DNA of 64,000 nucleotides from an uncultured virus (IMG/VR IMGVR_UViG_3300025010_002040). Its lineage: Duplodnaviria; Heunggongvirae; Uroviricota; Caudoviricetes. Position 1 is the stretch's first letter. Each line of letters opens with the position of its first letter. Both the position numbers and the translations under genes were made by a program. Of this stretch, positions 38,176-48,849 are shown piece by piece. The stretch lies in the IMG/VR virus record IMGVR_UViG_3300025010_002040. The stretch is one strand, 5' to 3'. The notes under the pieces were generated by a model. The model saw only the letters and a list, made by a program, of their open reading frames with translations. It was not told the origin of the DNA and did not search any database.

Positions 38176-38469
38176 TTATTTCACCCGATTAAATTCGTTA
38201 TGTTTTTTTACATGTTCACTCTCGAGTTCAAGAAACTTGATCGCATCGATCTGCAAGACTCTGATGAGCTCTAGAACGAGTGGTATCGGTAGTTTCTGAC
38301 CCCTTCGACCACTCTCTATTTGGTAATAGTAATAGTGAGAGAGATTTAACATTCTGGAAACTTCTTCCACGGATAAACCCAGATTGTTTCTGTGCTCGAT
38401 AAGATAAAACCTTGGTAGTGGTGTGGCTCGGTCGCGATTTTGAACCTTCCCTGTTCCGTTGACAGGCAT
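38176..38469 (-). CDS. Cro-like XRE HTH regulator
   Basis: LSVEEVSRMLNLS...YQIESGRR; AGGAGG RBS before MPVNG. Confidence 0.8.
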   Translation of the reverse strand: MPVNGTGKVQNRDRATPLPRFYLIEHRNNLGLSVEEVSRMLNLSHYYYYQIESGRRGQKLPIPLVLELIRVLQIDAIKFLELESEHVKKHNEFNRVK

Positions 38470-38704
38470 GTACTTTCCTCCTTTCGTCAAATTCGATGGT
38501 GCCTTGATTATATGAGAAAGCAATCCGTCAAAAAATAACTTGGAGAAGCGAAATCACAACAGCAACAAAAAGAGTTTTCATATGGCTGAAAACCCTTGTT
38601 TTTACGATTAAATTGATAGTTAATGTCATCAGTAACATTGACTTGTAAACATTTGTTGTGGTATCATTCTTGCGAAAATATACGAATGTGAAGAGGTGAC
38701 CTCC

Positions 38705-39301
38705 ATGGTTAAATTAAACACCGAAGATGATTTTAATAATTTGTTCATCTGTGAGAATCTAAAGCGTCTACGTATCTCACACAATTTATCAACAACCCAA
38801 GTAGCTAGCGTCATAAAAAAATCCCGCCAAGGCTATCTCAATTACGAGAACGGCTCCAGGGAGATTGGAATACACGATTTAATTAAGCTTTCTCAGTTCT
38901 ATGGTGTTTCGATTGATCACATAACCGGTAATCCATTCTCAAACAGAATCAATAACACCCTCGCATTCAGAACCTACGAGATGGTAGATAATGAGCTCAA
39001 GCAAGTCCTACCTTATAATATCAATGCAGAAAATGATGATGTCATTCTGGTGAGATATAACGAGCAAAAAATAGACTTCTTCTGGCGTACGCAAACCTAT
39101 CACAAGAATCAAGTGATGCTCTTTTCATACTATAACCGGCACTATGTCTCTAAGATATTTTACAACATAGATGGCGGAGGTTGTTTCTTTATTCTTGATG
39201 AAATGTTTAACTTTACAAAAGCACAGTCAGAAAACCTTATTATACACGGTATTCATGCAGGTACAATTTCAAAGAATTTTCATATTCCTAACTTCTTATA
39301 A
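38705..39301 (+). CDS. CI-like XRE repressor
   Basis: ENLKRLR...YLNYENGSRE; divergent from the Cro-like gene. Confidence 0.8.
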   Translation: MVKLNTEDDFNNLFICENLKRLRISHNLSTTQVASVIKKSRQGYLNYENGSREIGIHDLIKLSQFYGVSIDHITGNPFSNRINNTLAFRTYEMVDNELKQVLPYNINAENDDVILVRYNEQKIDFFWRTQTYHKNQVMLFSYYNRHYVSKIFYNIDGGGCFFILDEMFNFTKAQSENLIIHGIHAGTISKNFHIPNFL

Positions 39302-39419
39302 ACCTTACAATACGTTTGTGCCACTGGCATGTAGTTTTAAATTTTCATTAGTGATAAACTACTGTTGGTAGGTTAGGCAGCGTCACAAACTCAGTGCTCA
39401 TTAGGCACGCACTTTCCCT

Positions 39420-39453
39420 AGGGATTGCTATGGCAATTCCTTTTTTTTCTTTT
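39420..39453 (+). terminator. Terminator-like hairpin between repressor and integrase operon
   Basis: GGGATTGC-TATG-GCAATTCC followed by T8. Confidence 0.6.
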
Positions 39454-39474
39454 TATCCTTTAGAAAGGATACCA

Positions 39475-39657
39475 ATGAATAAAACTTCGATCGTAACAGA
39501 TCAGATGAAATATGATTACTCAGCTAAAATAGCTTTTAACCTTTATATGGAGAAGCTTCTCACTGAAAGTGAATACAAAGAAATCCTATCCAGATTGAAA
39601 CAACAATACAACATAACCTTTATTACATCAGAAAGCAATGAAATAGTTGAGAATTGA
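39475..39657 (+). CDS. Small SHOCT-like protein upstream of the serine recombinase
   Basis: LYMEKLLTESEY pattern; AAAGGA RBS before MNKTS. Confidence 0.6.
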   Translation: MNKTSIVTDQMKYDYSAKIAFNLYMEKLLTESEYKEILSRLKQQYNITFITSESNEIVEN

Positions 39658-39690
39658 CTTGCTATTCATTGCTTTTAGAGTGATGTATAT
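39657..39690 (+). promoter_or_regulatory. Conserved phage promoter motif, copy 3 (integrase)
   Basis: ACTTGCTATT...TTTAGAGTGATGTATAT. Confidence 0.6.
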
Positions 39691-39714
39691 GTACTAACCA
39701 AGGAGGTAAAAATA

Positions 39715-41433
39715 ATGCAAAACAAACAAGTCAGAGTCATACAACCAAAACCTGTGTTCGATTTATCAGGAACCATCCCCAAGAACCTCAAAAAGCGCGT
39801 GTGTGCCTACGTTCGAGTGTCCACCGATAATGAGGAACAGAAAACGAGTTACATCGCTCAAACCGACGAATACACCGAAAGGATTCAAAATAACCCTGAA
39901 TGGACATTCTGTGGTATCTATGCAGACGAGGGCATCAGCGGAACTTCCACCAAGCACAGAAAACAGTTCAATAATATGATGGATGCTGCAAAGCGTGGTG
40001 AAATCGATTTGATCATGACGAAGTCAATCTCACGATTCGCTAGAAATACAGTTGATTGCTTAAACTACATCAGAGAGATGAGAGCAATCAATGTTGAGAT
40101 CTTCTTTGAAAAAGAAAACATCTACTCCTCAGATCCAAAAGTGGACTTCTTATTAACCATCATGTCATCCATCGCCCAAGAGGAAGCAAGAAACGTGAGC
40201 GAGAACGTCAAATGGAATGTTCAAAAGCGTTTCAACAATAGCGTTCCAATTGTGAATCACAATCGGTTCTTAGGTTATACCAAAGACAAACGAGGTGGTA
40301 ACCTAATCGTTGTTCCTGAAGAAGCTAAAATCGTCCGTGAAATCTTCCAAATGTATGTGAGTGGCATCGGTCCGATGAAGATTGCTAAACATATGGAATC
40401 CATAGGAGCAACTACAGGTGCTGGTGCAACCAAATGGAGTATGTCCACAGTCGCAGTTATTCTTAAGAACGAAAAATACATCGGCGATTTGGTTCAACAG
40501 AAAACACTGACGGTTGATTACCTTTCACATAAGAAAGTGAAGAATAAAGAACTCGCTCCAATGTATCATACCGAGAATGCACACGAAGCAATCATCGATA
40601 GAGAGACTTTTCTCCTTGCTCAAAGGATCAGAGAGGATCGAAGCAAGGTGAAAGTTGGTAAGGATAAGAACCTGGCCAAATACAATGTCACTTATCCATT
40701 CTCAGCATTTATCGTTTGTTCTGAATGTGGACGAACCTTGAAAAGACGCTATTGGAATTACGGTACACCAGCTCAAAGAGTTATGCAACAATGTGGTGGT
40801 TACATCGACGGTAAAGCCCACTGTAAGGCTAAAGCTACTTACCAAGAGATGATTGAAGGTGCGACTGTGAAAATGCTCAACGAGGTGTTTTTACAGGAAA
40901 AGGATATCATCCCAAACATACAGAAAATCATCAAGTCGACCATTCGAGTTAGCGATGTTGAAATCAAGATTCAAAAGCTTCAAACACAAGGCGATGAGCT
41001 TGAAAGAATGATATCAAACCTAATTGATGTTCAAGTGAAGAATCCTAATCTTTCCCAGGAGGATTTCAACAGCAAATACCAATCACTGACCTTGCAGCTT
41101 CACAATAACAAAACCGAGATCAGAAAACTTGAAGGTGAGTACTTAACGAACTACGATACGCGATCAAGACTTGCAAAGATAGAAACCACACTCAACAATT
41201 TACTAGAACCAATCCAGGAAGTTGATAGTGATACATTACGTTCATTCATTTACAAGATCATCTCAGTGACACCTGAAAACATTGTCTTCTGTGTAGCAGG
41301 AACCAAGAATTATACCGATAAAGAATTCTCAGAAAATAGACATACTTTTGAAGCACTAAAACCTTTAGCAACAGGTACTTATCATAACGAAAAGTACGGT
41401 AAAATTATGAATTACAAAGTCGTTATTATCTAA
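39715..41433 (+). CDS. Large serine recombinase (integrase)
   Basis: AYVRVST, DEGISG and KSISRFARN motifs; recombinase domain; CSECG Zn ribbon; coiled coil. Confidence 0.95.
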   Translation: MQNKQVRVIQPKPVFDLSGTIPKNLKKRVCAYVRVSTDNEEQKTSYIAQTDEYTERIQNNPEWTFCGIYADEGISGTSTKHRKQFNNMMDAAKRGEIDLIMTKSISRFARNTVDCLNYIREMRAINVEIFFEKENIYSSDPKVDFLLTIMSSIAQEEARNVSENVKWNVQKRFNNSVPIVNHNRFLGYTKDKRGGNLIVVPEEAKIVREIFQMYVSGIGPMKIAKHMESIGATTGAGATKWSMSTVAVILKNEKYIGDLVQQKTLTVDYLSHKKVKNKELAPMYHTENAHEAIIDRETFLLAQRIREDRSKVKVGKDKNLAKYNVTYPFSAFIVCSECGRTLKRRYWNYGTPAQRVMQQCGGYIDGKAHCKAKATYQEMIEGATVKMLNEVFLQEKDIIPNIQKIIKSTIRVSDVEIKIQKLQTQGDELERMISNLIDVQVKNPNLSQEDFNSKYQSLTLQLHNNKTEIRKLEGEYLTNYDTRSRLAKIETTLNNLLEPIQEVDSDTLRSFIYKIISVTPENIVFCVAGTKNYTDKEFSENRHTFEALKPLATGTYHNEKYGKIMNYKVVII

Positions 41434-41446
41434 TTTTTTTTGAAGC

Positions 41447-41528
41447 AAAATATGTTGCGAAGATGAATAAAATCTGACTCATCGAAAAAAAGCCATCGAA
41501 ACCTATGAAGGTCATCTGATGGCTTTTA
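41447..41528. repeat. End-of-element motif with bidirectional terminator-like hairpin, repeated at 48855-48989
   Basis: AAAATATGTTGCG and A7GCCATCG..ACCTATGAAGGTCATCTGATGGCT. Confidence 0.7.
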
Positions 41529-41607
41529 TTGACAAGAATGTCAAGCATTGTGTATTTCGGAACTTTCATTACCAGTGTTTAGATTGCTATGTGTAGATAA
41601 GCAGTTA

Positions 41608-42813
41608 TCAGTCTTTATGCATTTTAACTGTATTTAACTTTTCTGATATCAAATCAATGTAGTTTTTGTATAATTCATTGACGATTTGATTCCACGATAG
41701 ATATAGATCTCTGTAAGCATTATTACATATTTCCCTGTGTGATATAGCTTTACTAAATATGTCAATTATTTTTTCTGCATACATTTCAGGTGCATTGCTT
41801 GAGAGGTATCCATTTACTCCATCACAAATAGTGCTAGCTGTTACTGCTTTTTCTATAAATAAGGTAGGTGTATGCTGACTAGCTGCTTCAACCTGAACCA
41901 ATGATGAAGCATCATATAATGATGGCAATAAGAAAAGGTCTGCTACTTTGTAGTAAGATGATAATTCAATTCGATCTTTAATACGACCTGTAAATATTGT
42001 GTTCTCATTAAGATTATTTAAAGTGACTCTTTTCTTCATAAAACCTTCATGTATTCCAGATCCAACAAAGATCATTTTAAATTTGAACTCTCTTTTCTTA
42101 AGAATCGTCAAAGAATCGATTAAAAAATCTACATTTTTGATTTTGTCTAAGCGGCCAACATATAAAAGCACTTTATCCTCATGCTGAATGTGATGCATCT
42201 TTCTCAAATCATTAGCCATCTGTTCATCTTCCAAGGGCAATAAGTCAGTCCCATTGCGGATGACTATAGGAAGACTTTTCGCACCATACTCGTAAAATAC
42301 TCTTGCAATTTCATCGTTTACTGCAATGAGTCGATCGCATCTGTTTAATCTCCTCATCAATTCACCGATTGCGAGTTCACTGATAAATGCATTTTTACTA
42401 CGCTCGTAGAAATCTTTTTTATACTGACTGTGCAATGTTGCGATAAGTGGAATATTATGCCTTTTTGCATAATTAATCCCATAATTACCTACTGAAAATG
42501 GACTGTGAATATGTATGATATCAAATTTTATTGCTTTCATGCTCTTTTCAAAAAAAGTATCAAAACTTGGAAACGAAAGCCTGTAATCCATCAGTGGCAA
42601 TTTTATAGACTTTGTCCGTATAACCTTATATGCAAATTTATCAATGTTCTCTATTTCTCCATAATTAGGTGAAAAAACATAGACATCTGCGGTCAAAGAT
42701 AGCTTTTTTGCATAGTTATCAACGACATTGACCACTCCATCAATCATTGGAAAAAATACATCTGTAAAAATTCCTATTACTAATCTTTGCTTCATATTCA
42801 CCTGCTTCATCAT
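41608..42813 (-). CDS. GT4 glycosyltransferase, diacylglycerol glucosyltransferase-like
   Basis: IGIFTDVFFPMIDGV, IHIHSPF, YVGRLDKIKN and LVQVEAA motifs. Confidence 0.85.
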   Translation of the reverse strand: MMKQVNMKQRLVIGIFTDVFFPMIDGVVNVVDNYAKKLSLTADVYVFSPNYGEIENIDKFAYKVIRTKSIKLPLMDYRLSFPSFDTFFEKSMKAIKFDIIHIHSPFSVGNYGINYAKRHNIPLIATLHSQYKKDFYERSKNAFISELAIGELMRRLNRCDRLIAVNDEIARVFYEYGAKSLPIVIRNGTDLLPLEDEQMANDLRKMHHIQHEDKVLLYVGRLDKIKNVDFLIDSLTILKKREFKFKMIFVGSGIHEGFMKKRVTLNNLNENTIFTGRIKDRIELSSYYKVADLFLLPSLYDASSLVQVEAASQHTPTLFIEKAVTASTICDGVNGYLSSNAPEMYAEKIIDIFSKAISHREICNNAYRDLYLSWNQIVNELYKNYIDLISEKLNTVKMHKD

Positions 42814-42868
42814 ATCTAAACTCGAATGTTTAAACCAATTGTCGATTCAAGCATTTCAACAACAGCTT

Positions 42869-43684
42869 TCATTCACTTTTTTTGTCTTTGAAATAATTCA
42901 TGACATCGTCATATCCATAATGATAAATTCTTCTTGAGTGCATAGATGTAAAATCAAGTATTTTACCTAAACTTTTTGTTGATCGTATATCATGTATTCT
43001 AACATTCTTATACTTCTTTTTTTTCGATCGCAATGAGGATAATGCTGAAACAGTGACACAGATGATTTCATCACAACCGATATCAATTAGTGGTTGAACT
43101 GGGGTGTTATCGAAATACCCTCCATCCCTATATTTTTTATTGTTAGTGATAACAGGTGGAAACACTATGGGTATTGAGCACGAGGCAACAAGCGTATTGA
43201 TTTGCATATTTTTATCTAGCTCTTTAAGTGGTACATACGATACTTGTGATTCTCTATGAACGTAATGCTTAATGGTAGACTTCAACAAGTCAGTAAATCC
43301 TTTATCAGTATCACCGGTTTCAGAGACTGCAATATAGATATCTTTATTTGTCAATAGTTCAAAATTCAAATACTCATTTAAATACTCATTCAACTTATTA
43401 ATTGATAACAAACCATTATCAATTAATCTTAATCTCTCGTTCTTGATGGTCTTTATAATTGCAGTTTTTTCTCCCAGTGGCGCTTCTGGAACGTTGAACC
43501 AAATATCCATTGCTAAATCAAGTGAACCAATGGCTGCAAAAGTAACATTAACCGCTCCAATCGAAGCTCCAGAAAACGCACTCGCTTTTTGTAAAATGCC
43601 CAGTTCTTCAAGCGCTTTTAGCGCACCGATTTGATATGCTCCTCTTGCGCCTCCACCAGATAAACAAATTCCTAATTTATTCAC
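42869..43684 (-). CDS. Patatin-like phospholipase
   Basis: SGGGARG, GASIG and DGG motifs. Confidence 0.92.
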   Translation of the reverse strand: MNKLGICLSGGGARGAYQIGALKALEELGILQKASAFSGASIGAVNVTFAAIGSLDLAMDIWFNVPEAPLGEKTAIIKTIKNERLRLIDNGLLSINKLNEYLNEYLNFELLTNKDIYIAVSETGDTDKGFTDLLKSTIKHYVHRESQVSYVPLKELDKNMQINTLVASCSIPIVFPPVITNNKKYRDGGYFDNTPVQPLIDIGCDEIICVTVSALSSLRSKKKKYKNVRIHDIRSTKSLGKILDFTSMHSRRIYHYGYDDVMNYFKDKKSE

Positions 43685-43871
43685 ATTTTTTTCCTTTCAC
43701 AAACAATAGGTTTTCATCTCAAAATCTATACAACTTCTTGCGAGTTTGTTTATCAAAATGGATTGAAGTAATCAATAATTGAAGTCAGTATAGCTATTAA
43801 ATATTAGTGCTGATCCCACTAAAAATTGTACGATTGATCTATAATCCGCCGTCGATCTACTGGTCAATTCA

Positions 43872-44411
43872 TTACAAGGTGTTATTAAATGTGACAAGAT
43901 TATATATAATCTCAGTCATTTCGTCAACGGATTCAGACTTTGAATTTTTAATCCATTCAACCACAACAGAAAACAGTGCACCTTCAAAAAACCGTGCTTT
44001 ATATTTATCTTCCTTTTCAATATCAAATACTTTTTTCAATAATTTTGAAATTTCAGCTTCAAAGGACTGGAAGATAAGATATTCTAGGCTGTTGGTGATG
44101 AGTACTTCGATTAAATCGGAATACTCATTGAAAACTATGACCATTTTCTTAATCGAATGGAAAATTGGATTGTCATTATTCATGTCCGTTTCAAGATCCA
44201 ACATTAAACGTTCATATATTTTTCGTCCTTGATCGAGCAATATATCTTCTTTCGAATCAAAGTTGCGGTAAAATGTCGGTCTTGCAACACCTGCTTCTTT
44301 TGTAATATCATCAATAGATATCTTTCTAAAAGCATTTTTTTTAAGTAAGAACATGAGTGCATTATATATCCACTCTTTGCTTCTAGTAACCTGTATGTTT
44401 TCTTTCATCAA
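43872..44411 (-). CDS. TetR/AcrR family regulator
   Basis: ISIDDITKEAGVARPTFYRNF. Confidence 0.92.
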   Translation of the reverse strand: MMKENIQVTRSKEWIYNALMFLLKKNAFRKISIDDITKEAGVARPTFYRNFDSKEDILLDQGRKIYERLMLDLETDMNNDNPIFHSIKKMVIVFNEYSDLIEVLITNSLEYLIFQSFEAEISKLLKKVFDIEKEDKYKARFFEGALFSVVVEWIKNSKSESVDEMTEIIYNLVTFNNTL

Positions 44412-45286
44412 TTTTTCCTACCTACCTCTAAATGATCACCAATAAAAATCCCAATGCCTATCACGTCAGGACCGACATGTGCACCAACCACCGGAGTCGA
44501 CGGTGATTCATACAGGTTTTCTAATCCGAGATTTTCTTTAATCATACTAACGAAATGAGCTTTCAGGTTAGGGTTCGCTGTATAGATTAAATATGCCTGA
44601 TATGGACGATGATCGACATATTCTTCGACCAACGATGTGATTGAAGATAGGACGGATTTGATGGTTCGTTTGTTGCCAATTGAAACGATTTCCCCAGATT
44701 CTTGCACCTGTAACACCGGTTTGATATCTAAAAGTTTGCCTATGTAGCCCTTCGCATTGCTCAAGCGTCCATTTTTAACCAGATAGGTTAAAGAGTTTAC
44801 TGCAAAATAGATGGTGTTCAAATGTCTCATGTCACTGAGTTTGTTTTCGATTTCTTCTAATGAAAAATCTTTGTCGATCATCTTTTTAGCTTCCAAAGCG
44901 AAAATACCTTCCGAAAAGCAGACCGTCTTCGTATCAAAGACCTTAATCTTTATTTTCCCTTCGAACTCCTTAGCAGCCATGATGCATGAGTTATAAGTTC
45001 CGCTCATCTTAGCCGATATGGTCACTACAAAAATCTCTTCAACACCTTCATCTAAGAATTTTTGAAAGATGTTCATCACATCGCCAACAGATGGTTGGCT
45101 GGTCTTTGGTAATAGTTCTTTATCGTTTTTAAGCATATCATAAAATTGATCTGCCTTTAGTGTTAATCCGTCCTCATACTCTTGACCTTTGATATTGATC
45201 TTAATACGCAATATCTCAATGCCATGTTCAAATGGATAATAATCTAATCCGCCTGTTGAAGTGTCAATCACGATTCTTTTTCTCAT
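44408..45286 (-). CDS. DegV/FakB family fatty-acid binding protein
   Basis: PKTSQPS, ISAKMSGT, LVKNGRLS and GAHVGP motifs. Confidence 0.92.
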   Translation of the reverse strand: MRKRIVIDTSTGGLDYYPFEHGIEILRIKINIKGQEYEDGLTLKADQFYDMLKNDKELLPKTSQPSVGDVMNIFQKFLDEGVEEIFVVTISAKMSGTYNSCIMAAKEFEGKIKIKVFDTKTVCFSEGIFALEAKKMIDKDFSLEEIENKLSDMRHLNTIYFAVNSLTYLVKNGRLSNAKGYIGKLLDIKPVLQVQESGEIVSIGNKRTIKSVLSSITSLVEEYVDHRPYQAYLIYTANPNLKAHFVSMIKENLGLENLYESPSTPVVGAHVGPDVIGIGIFIGDHLEVGRKN

Positions 45287-45972
45287 GGTTTCTCTACCTT
45301 TCTACTGCGATTCTTAATGATTCGATGACCACCAGTTTTATTCATCAGCAAACTGGATAATTCTTCAATCGTCTCGACAATGTAATCGGGATTTGAGTTT
45401 GCCAGAGCGTTTTTCGTCTCAAATCCCCATGTCACCGCGATCACTTCGATGGGAATTGATCGGCAAGCCAAGACATCTCGAATTTCATCACCGACGTAAA
45501 TGGCGTCCTCGGGATCATATCCATGTTTTCGAAGCAGTTTCTTAATCTTGCGTTTTTTTCCTTTCATGCTAGCCTTCCCCTCAATGAAGGAGAATGTGTT
45601 GATATCATTATTTGATAATATTTTATTGATATTTGAAACACTATTTGAAGAAACGATGGCTAATTTAACCTTGCTTTCATTCAGGTTCACTAAGAGCTCT
45701 TTCATTCCTGAGATGATCGTGCAATCATCGACAAATTCAGATGCAATATCACGCGATTCTCTGTACAATTTAGGCAATTTATATATCGGAACACCTAAAT
45801 CGAACAACCGCTTTAAACCTGGCTTCGTTTTTAATTCTCGAATTCCATCTTTGGATAGTTGTTTTAGTTTGTATCGTTTTGAAATTCGTTCATATATGAG
45901 TTCAGACTGATCGACATTGTTGCTCAAAGTTCCATCCAAATCAAAGATAATTATTTTTTTCACTGATTGCAT
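45283..45972 (-). CDS. HAD-family hydrolase
   Basis: FDLDGTL, VSSN and YVGDEIRD motifs. Confidence 0.9.
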   Translation of the reverse strand: MQSVKKIIIFDLDGTLSNNVDQSELIYERISKRYKLKQLSKDGIRELKTKPGLKRLFDLGVPIYKLPKLYRESRDIASEFVDDCTIISGMKELLVNLNESKVKLAIVSSNSVSNINKILSNNDINTFSFIEGKASMKGKKRKIKKLLRKHGYDPEDAIYVGDEIRDVLACRSIPIEVIAVTWGFETKNALANSNPDYIVETIEELSSLLMNKTGGHRIIKNRSRKVEKP

Positions 45973-46005
45973 CCCTCCTTCATGATATCCTACTATGCAC
46001 GATCC

Positions 46006-46893
46006 TTAAACTGGAATATCTTTTTTTGTAAACCAAAGCGTGCCTACTGTAAAGCACATCGCTGAAATGAGTAACAGAATTGCAAAGTGCATGATGTAGG
46101 TGGATGACCCATCCAAGATTGAGGTCGTATTGAACAGCGTGATCATCGTGATGTTATTAAAGTATCCCATGGGCTCGATACCAATCCCCATGTTCATGAA
46201 GAGATCAGAACCAAACAACCCTAATATTTTAGATATGAAAAATACTAACGCTACACCTCCACCTAAAGAGATCGAATGCTTCGTATAGTTGAAAACCGCA
46301 GAAAACATGAACGTAATCGATCCCATGGCAACCGTGAATATGAATAGACCTAGGTTGAGCAACAGAACGTGGTCAATCGCTAATGAATTTTCGATGGTTA
46401 ATGCTAAGATAACATCCACGATGGTTGTTAAGATAAACATCGCTACTAAAGACATGATGAAAAAGAACATTTGCGTGAACGCTATCTTGGATCGCTTGAT
46501 CGAAGTGGATAAAACAAACGCCATGGATCCTCGATCAATTTGACTGGCAAACAATTTATTCCCAACTATAACCGTGTAGACCAAGGGCATCAGCACCGAC
46601 ACAACAGGATAAAAAATTGAGCTAACCAGAACATTTGAATCCATCGATGCAATGCCTGTCAAGATGTCAGGATTCAAACCGATCGCAGTAAAGAGTCCGT
46701 CGAGTGACAGCCCTGCGGATTCTAAGGCGATGATATATGGGATCAATATGTTTGGGTCTGCATCACCTGAAACCGTGACTAACCCCATAGCAAATTTGAT
46801 AACGACGTAAAGCAAAATCAATGTCAGGGTTGTTGCTGTCCAAAGACCCCAATTCGCTTTGATGGATTGTTTCAATAATGGTATACTGATCAT
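46006..46893 (-). CDS. ABC-2 type permease
   Basis: About six TM helices; IDRGSMAFVLST motif. Confidence 0.85.
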   Translation of the reverse strand: MISIPLLKQSIKANWGLWTATTLTLILLYVVIKFAMGLVTVSGDADPNILIPYIIALESAGLSLDGLFTAIGLNPDILTGIASMDSNVLVSSIFYPVVSVLMPLVYTVIVGNKLFASQIDRGSMAFVLSTSIKRSKIAFTQMFFFIMSLVAMFILTTIVDVILALTIENSLAIDHVLLLNLGLFIFTVAMGSITFMFSAVFNYTKHSISLGGGVALVFFISKILGLFGSDLFMNMGIGIEPMGYFNNITMITLFNTTSILDGSSTYIMHFAILLLISAMCFTVGTLWFTKKDIPV

Positions 46894-47789
46894 TTTTCGT
46901 TGTCCTCACTTATTTTTTTTAAAAAATACTTTTTGAGCGTGTATTTTACTTCTTTGATATATTTTAAATTGAATTGCGCTAATACCTTCATAAATTCGTT
47001 TACTTGAGCGTCTTTGATGTCGACGGTTACTTGCATATATTTATCATTTTTTGACGTTATGTAGAGATTCAAATTCACATAATTTTGATAATCTCTTTCG
47101 TCTTCAAATCCAACTTTGTATGTCTTTACTTCGTTGTGACGAATCTTTTTCATATCCACGATATCTAATACTTTCCCGTTATGCAAAAGTGCGACACGAT
47201 CACATGTTTTTTCTACCTCTTCAAACACATGACTGCTCATAAATATGGTAGCACCTCTCTGTCTTGCCTCCATCAATACATCTACGAATGTTTCTCGCAT
47301 GAGTGGATCAAGTCCGGTTGAAGGCTCATCCAGGATTAAAATATCCGGTTCAGCCATAAACGCTTGTACGATGGCCGTTTTTTGCTTCATGCCTTTGCTC
47401 ATATGCTTTAGATTTGCTGTGGTGTCTAGCTTAAATTTATTGATTAAATACTTGGCGTATTCCATGGTTTTTAATCCCATCATTTCTGCTTGACTCTTCA
47501 AGAACGCATCCCCATCACCTATGTCGGGAAAAGCTATTTCGCCTGGCACATATCCAATATGTCTCATGATTTGAGTTGTGTCATAGTTCACCTCATGATC
47601 CATTATGTAGACACTTCCGCTATCCGGTCTGATAAAACCCATCATGTTTCTGATCGTTGTTGTTTTACCACTTCCGTTAGTTCCAACAAAACCAAAGATT
47701 TCACCTTTTTTCACTTCAAGATCGATGTTGAAAATACCTCGTGATAATCCATAATCTTTTGTCAGGTTTCTAATTTCAATCATGCTCAT
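46890..47789 (-). CDS. ABC transporter ATP-binding protein
   Basis: GTNGSGKT, MSKGM and LDEP motifs. Confidence 0.95.
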   Translation of the reverse strand: MSMIEIRNLTKDYGLSRGIFNIDLEVKKGEIFGFVGTNGSGKTTTIRNMMGFIRPDSGSVYIMDHEVNYDTTQIMRHIGYVPGEIAFPDIGDGDAFLKSQAEMMGLKTMEYAKYLINKFKLDTTANLKHMSKGMKQKTAIVQAFMAEPDILILDEPSTGLDPLMRETFVDVLMEARQRGATIFMSSHVFEEVEKTCDRVALLHNGKVLDIVDMKKIRHNEVKTYKVGFEDERDYQNYVNLNLYITSKNDKYMQVTVDIKDAQVNEFMKVLAQFNLKYIKEVKYTLKKYFLKKISEDNEK

Positions 47790-48691
47790 AGGAATGACTC
47801 AACCTCGCTATCTTTATAGTAATTTAGGAAATAGTCTTCGAGCGTAAATTGTGACTCTGAAAAATATTTCACCTGATTGTCAGAGACTTCCTTAATCAAA
47901 CGATTTATCTCTTTATCGTTGATTGCTACTCTCACCTTCTTTTTAGTTTTATCGCTATAGATAATGTTCAAATCCGATTTCATAAATTGCTCATATCCTT
48001 TATCTTCCAAAAACTCAATTTTAAAGACTTTGTTTTCGTTATTTCTAATGATATCAGTCTCAATCGTTGAAATGATTTTACCTTCCTTGATAATCGACAA
48101 TCGATCACAACAGGCATCCACTTCCTCAAATATATGAGTTGAAAGAAGGATTGTTTTCCCTCTTTTCTTCTCGGTTTTGATTAACTCGATAAATTTATTT
48201 TGCATGATAGGATCTAAGCCGCTGGTTGGTTCATCGAGTATCAAAATTTTGGGATCCGACATGAAGGCTGATACAATTGCCAGCTTTCTCTTATCCCCTA
48301 TGGACATCTTTTTCATGCTCTGATTTGGATTCAATTCAAATAAATCCAGTAAGTAAGTAACCCTAGACTCTTCTGCATGCCGCATTTTTTTCATCATATC
48401 GATGAACTCAAGTCCACTCAGTCCGTCTGGTAGTGCAACCTCACCAGGAATATAACCGACTTCGCCCAATATCGAAGAGTAATCTTTCCAACAATCATTG
48501 CTGTTAATGGATACAGTTCCTTTATCGGGTTGAGAAAAACCCATGAGCATTCTTATTGTCGTGGTTTTCCCCGCACCATTGGGACCAAGAAAACCGAATA
48601 CTTCACCCTCTTTAACTTCAAAGGATATATCAAAAACCCCCCGATTATATCCGAAATCTTTTGTCAGATTTTTCACTTCTATCATAAGCAT
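47786..48691 (-). CDS. ABC transporter ATP-binding protein
   Basis: GPNGAGKT, MSIGD and LDEP motifs. Confidence 0.95.
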   Translation of the reverse strand: MLMIEVKNLTKDFGYNRGVFDISFEVKEGEVFGFLGPNGAGKTTTIRMLMGFSQPDKGTVSINSNDCWKDYSSILGEVGYIPGEVALPDGLSGLEFIDMMKKMRHAEESRVTYLLDLFELNPNQSMKKMSIGDKRKLAIVSAFMSDPKILILDEPTSGLDPIMQNKFIELIKTEKKRGKTILLSTHIFEEVDACCDRLSIIKEGKIISTIETDIIRNNENKVFKIEFLEDKGYEQFMKSDLNIIYSDKTKKKVRVAINDKEINRLIKEVSDNQVKYFSESQFTLEDYFLNYYKDSEVESFL

Positions 48692-48849
48692 ATTCTCCTA
48701 TCGTCATATTATTATCTGAACACAACTGGATGTTGTCATATCATTAATTTCAATTATAGCACTGACATGTTACATTTGCAACACTTTATACAATTGTTAC
48801 ATTTTTTGCCGTTTTTTTTATTGTATACTTGAATTTTTAAGTACTTTTT

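Larger units (their letters stand above)
773..41530. mobile_element. Prophage P1, HK97-like siphovirus with serine integrase; ends approximate
   Basis: Ordered modules from integrase/immunity through replication, packaging, head, tail and holins. Left limit taken where homology to P2 stops; right limit at the hairpin after the recombinase. att sites not identified. Confidence 0.9.

Noticed and set aside
700..41600. attL/attR direct repeats for P1
   Set aside because: No convincing shared core found by eye; serine integrase sites need little identity, so the boundaries remain approximate.
43807..44232. 141-aa plus-strand ORF and similar short antisense ORFs throughout the window
   Set aside because: They overlap well-supported minus-strand genes and show no motifs.
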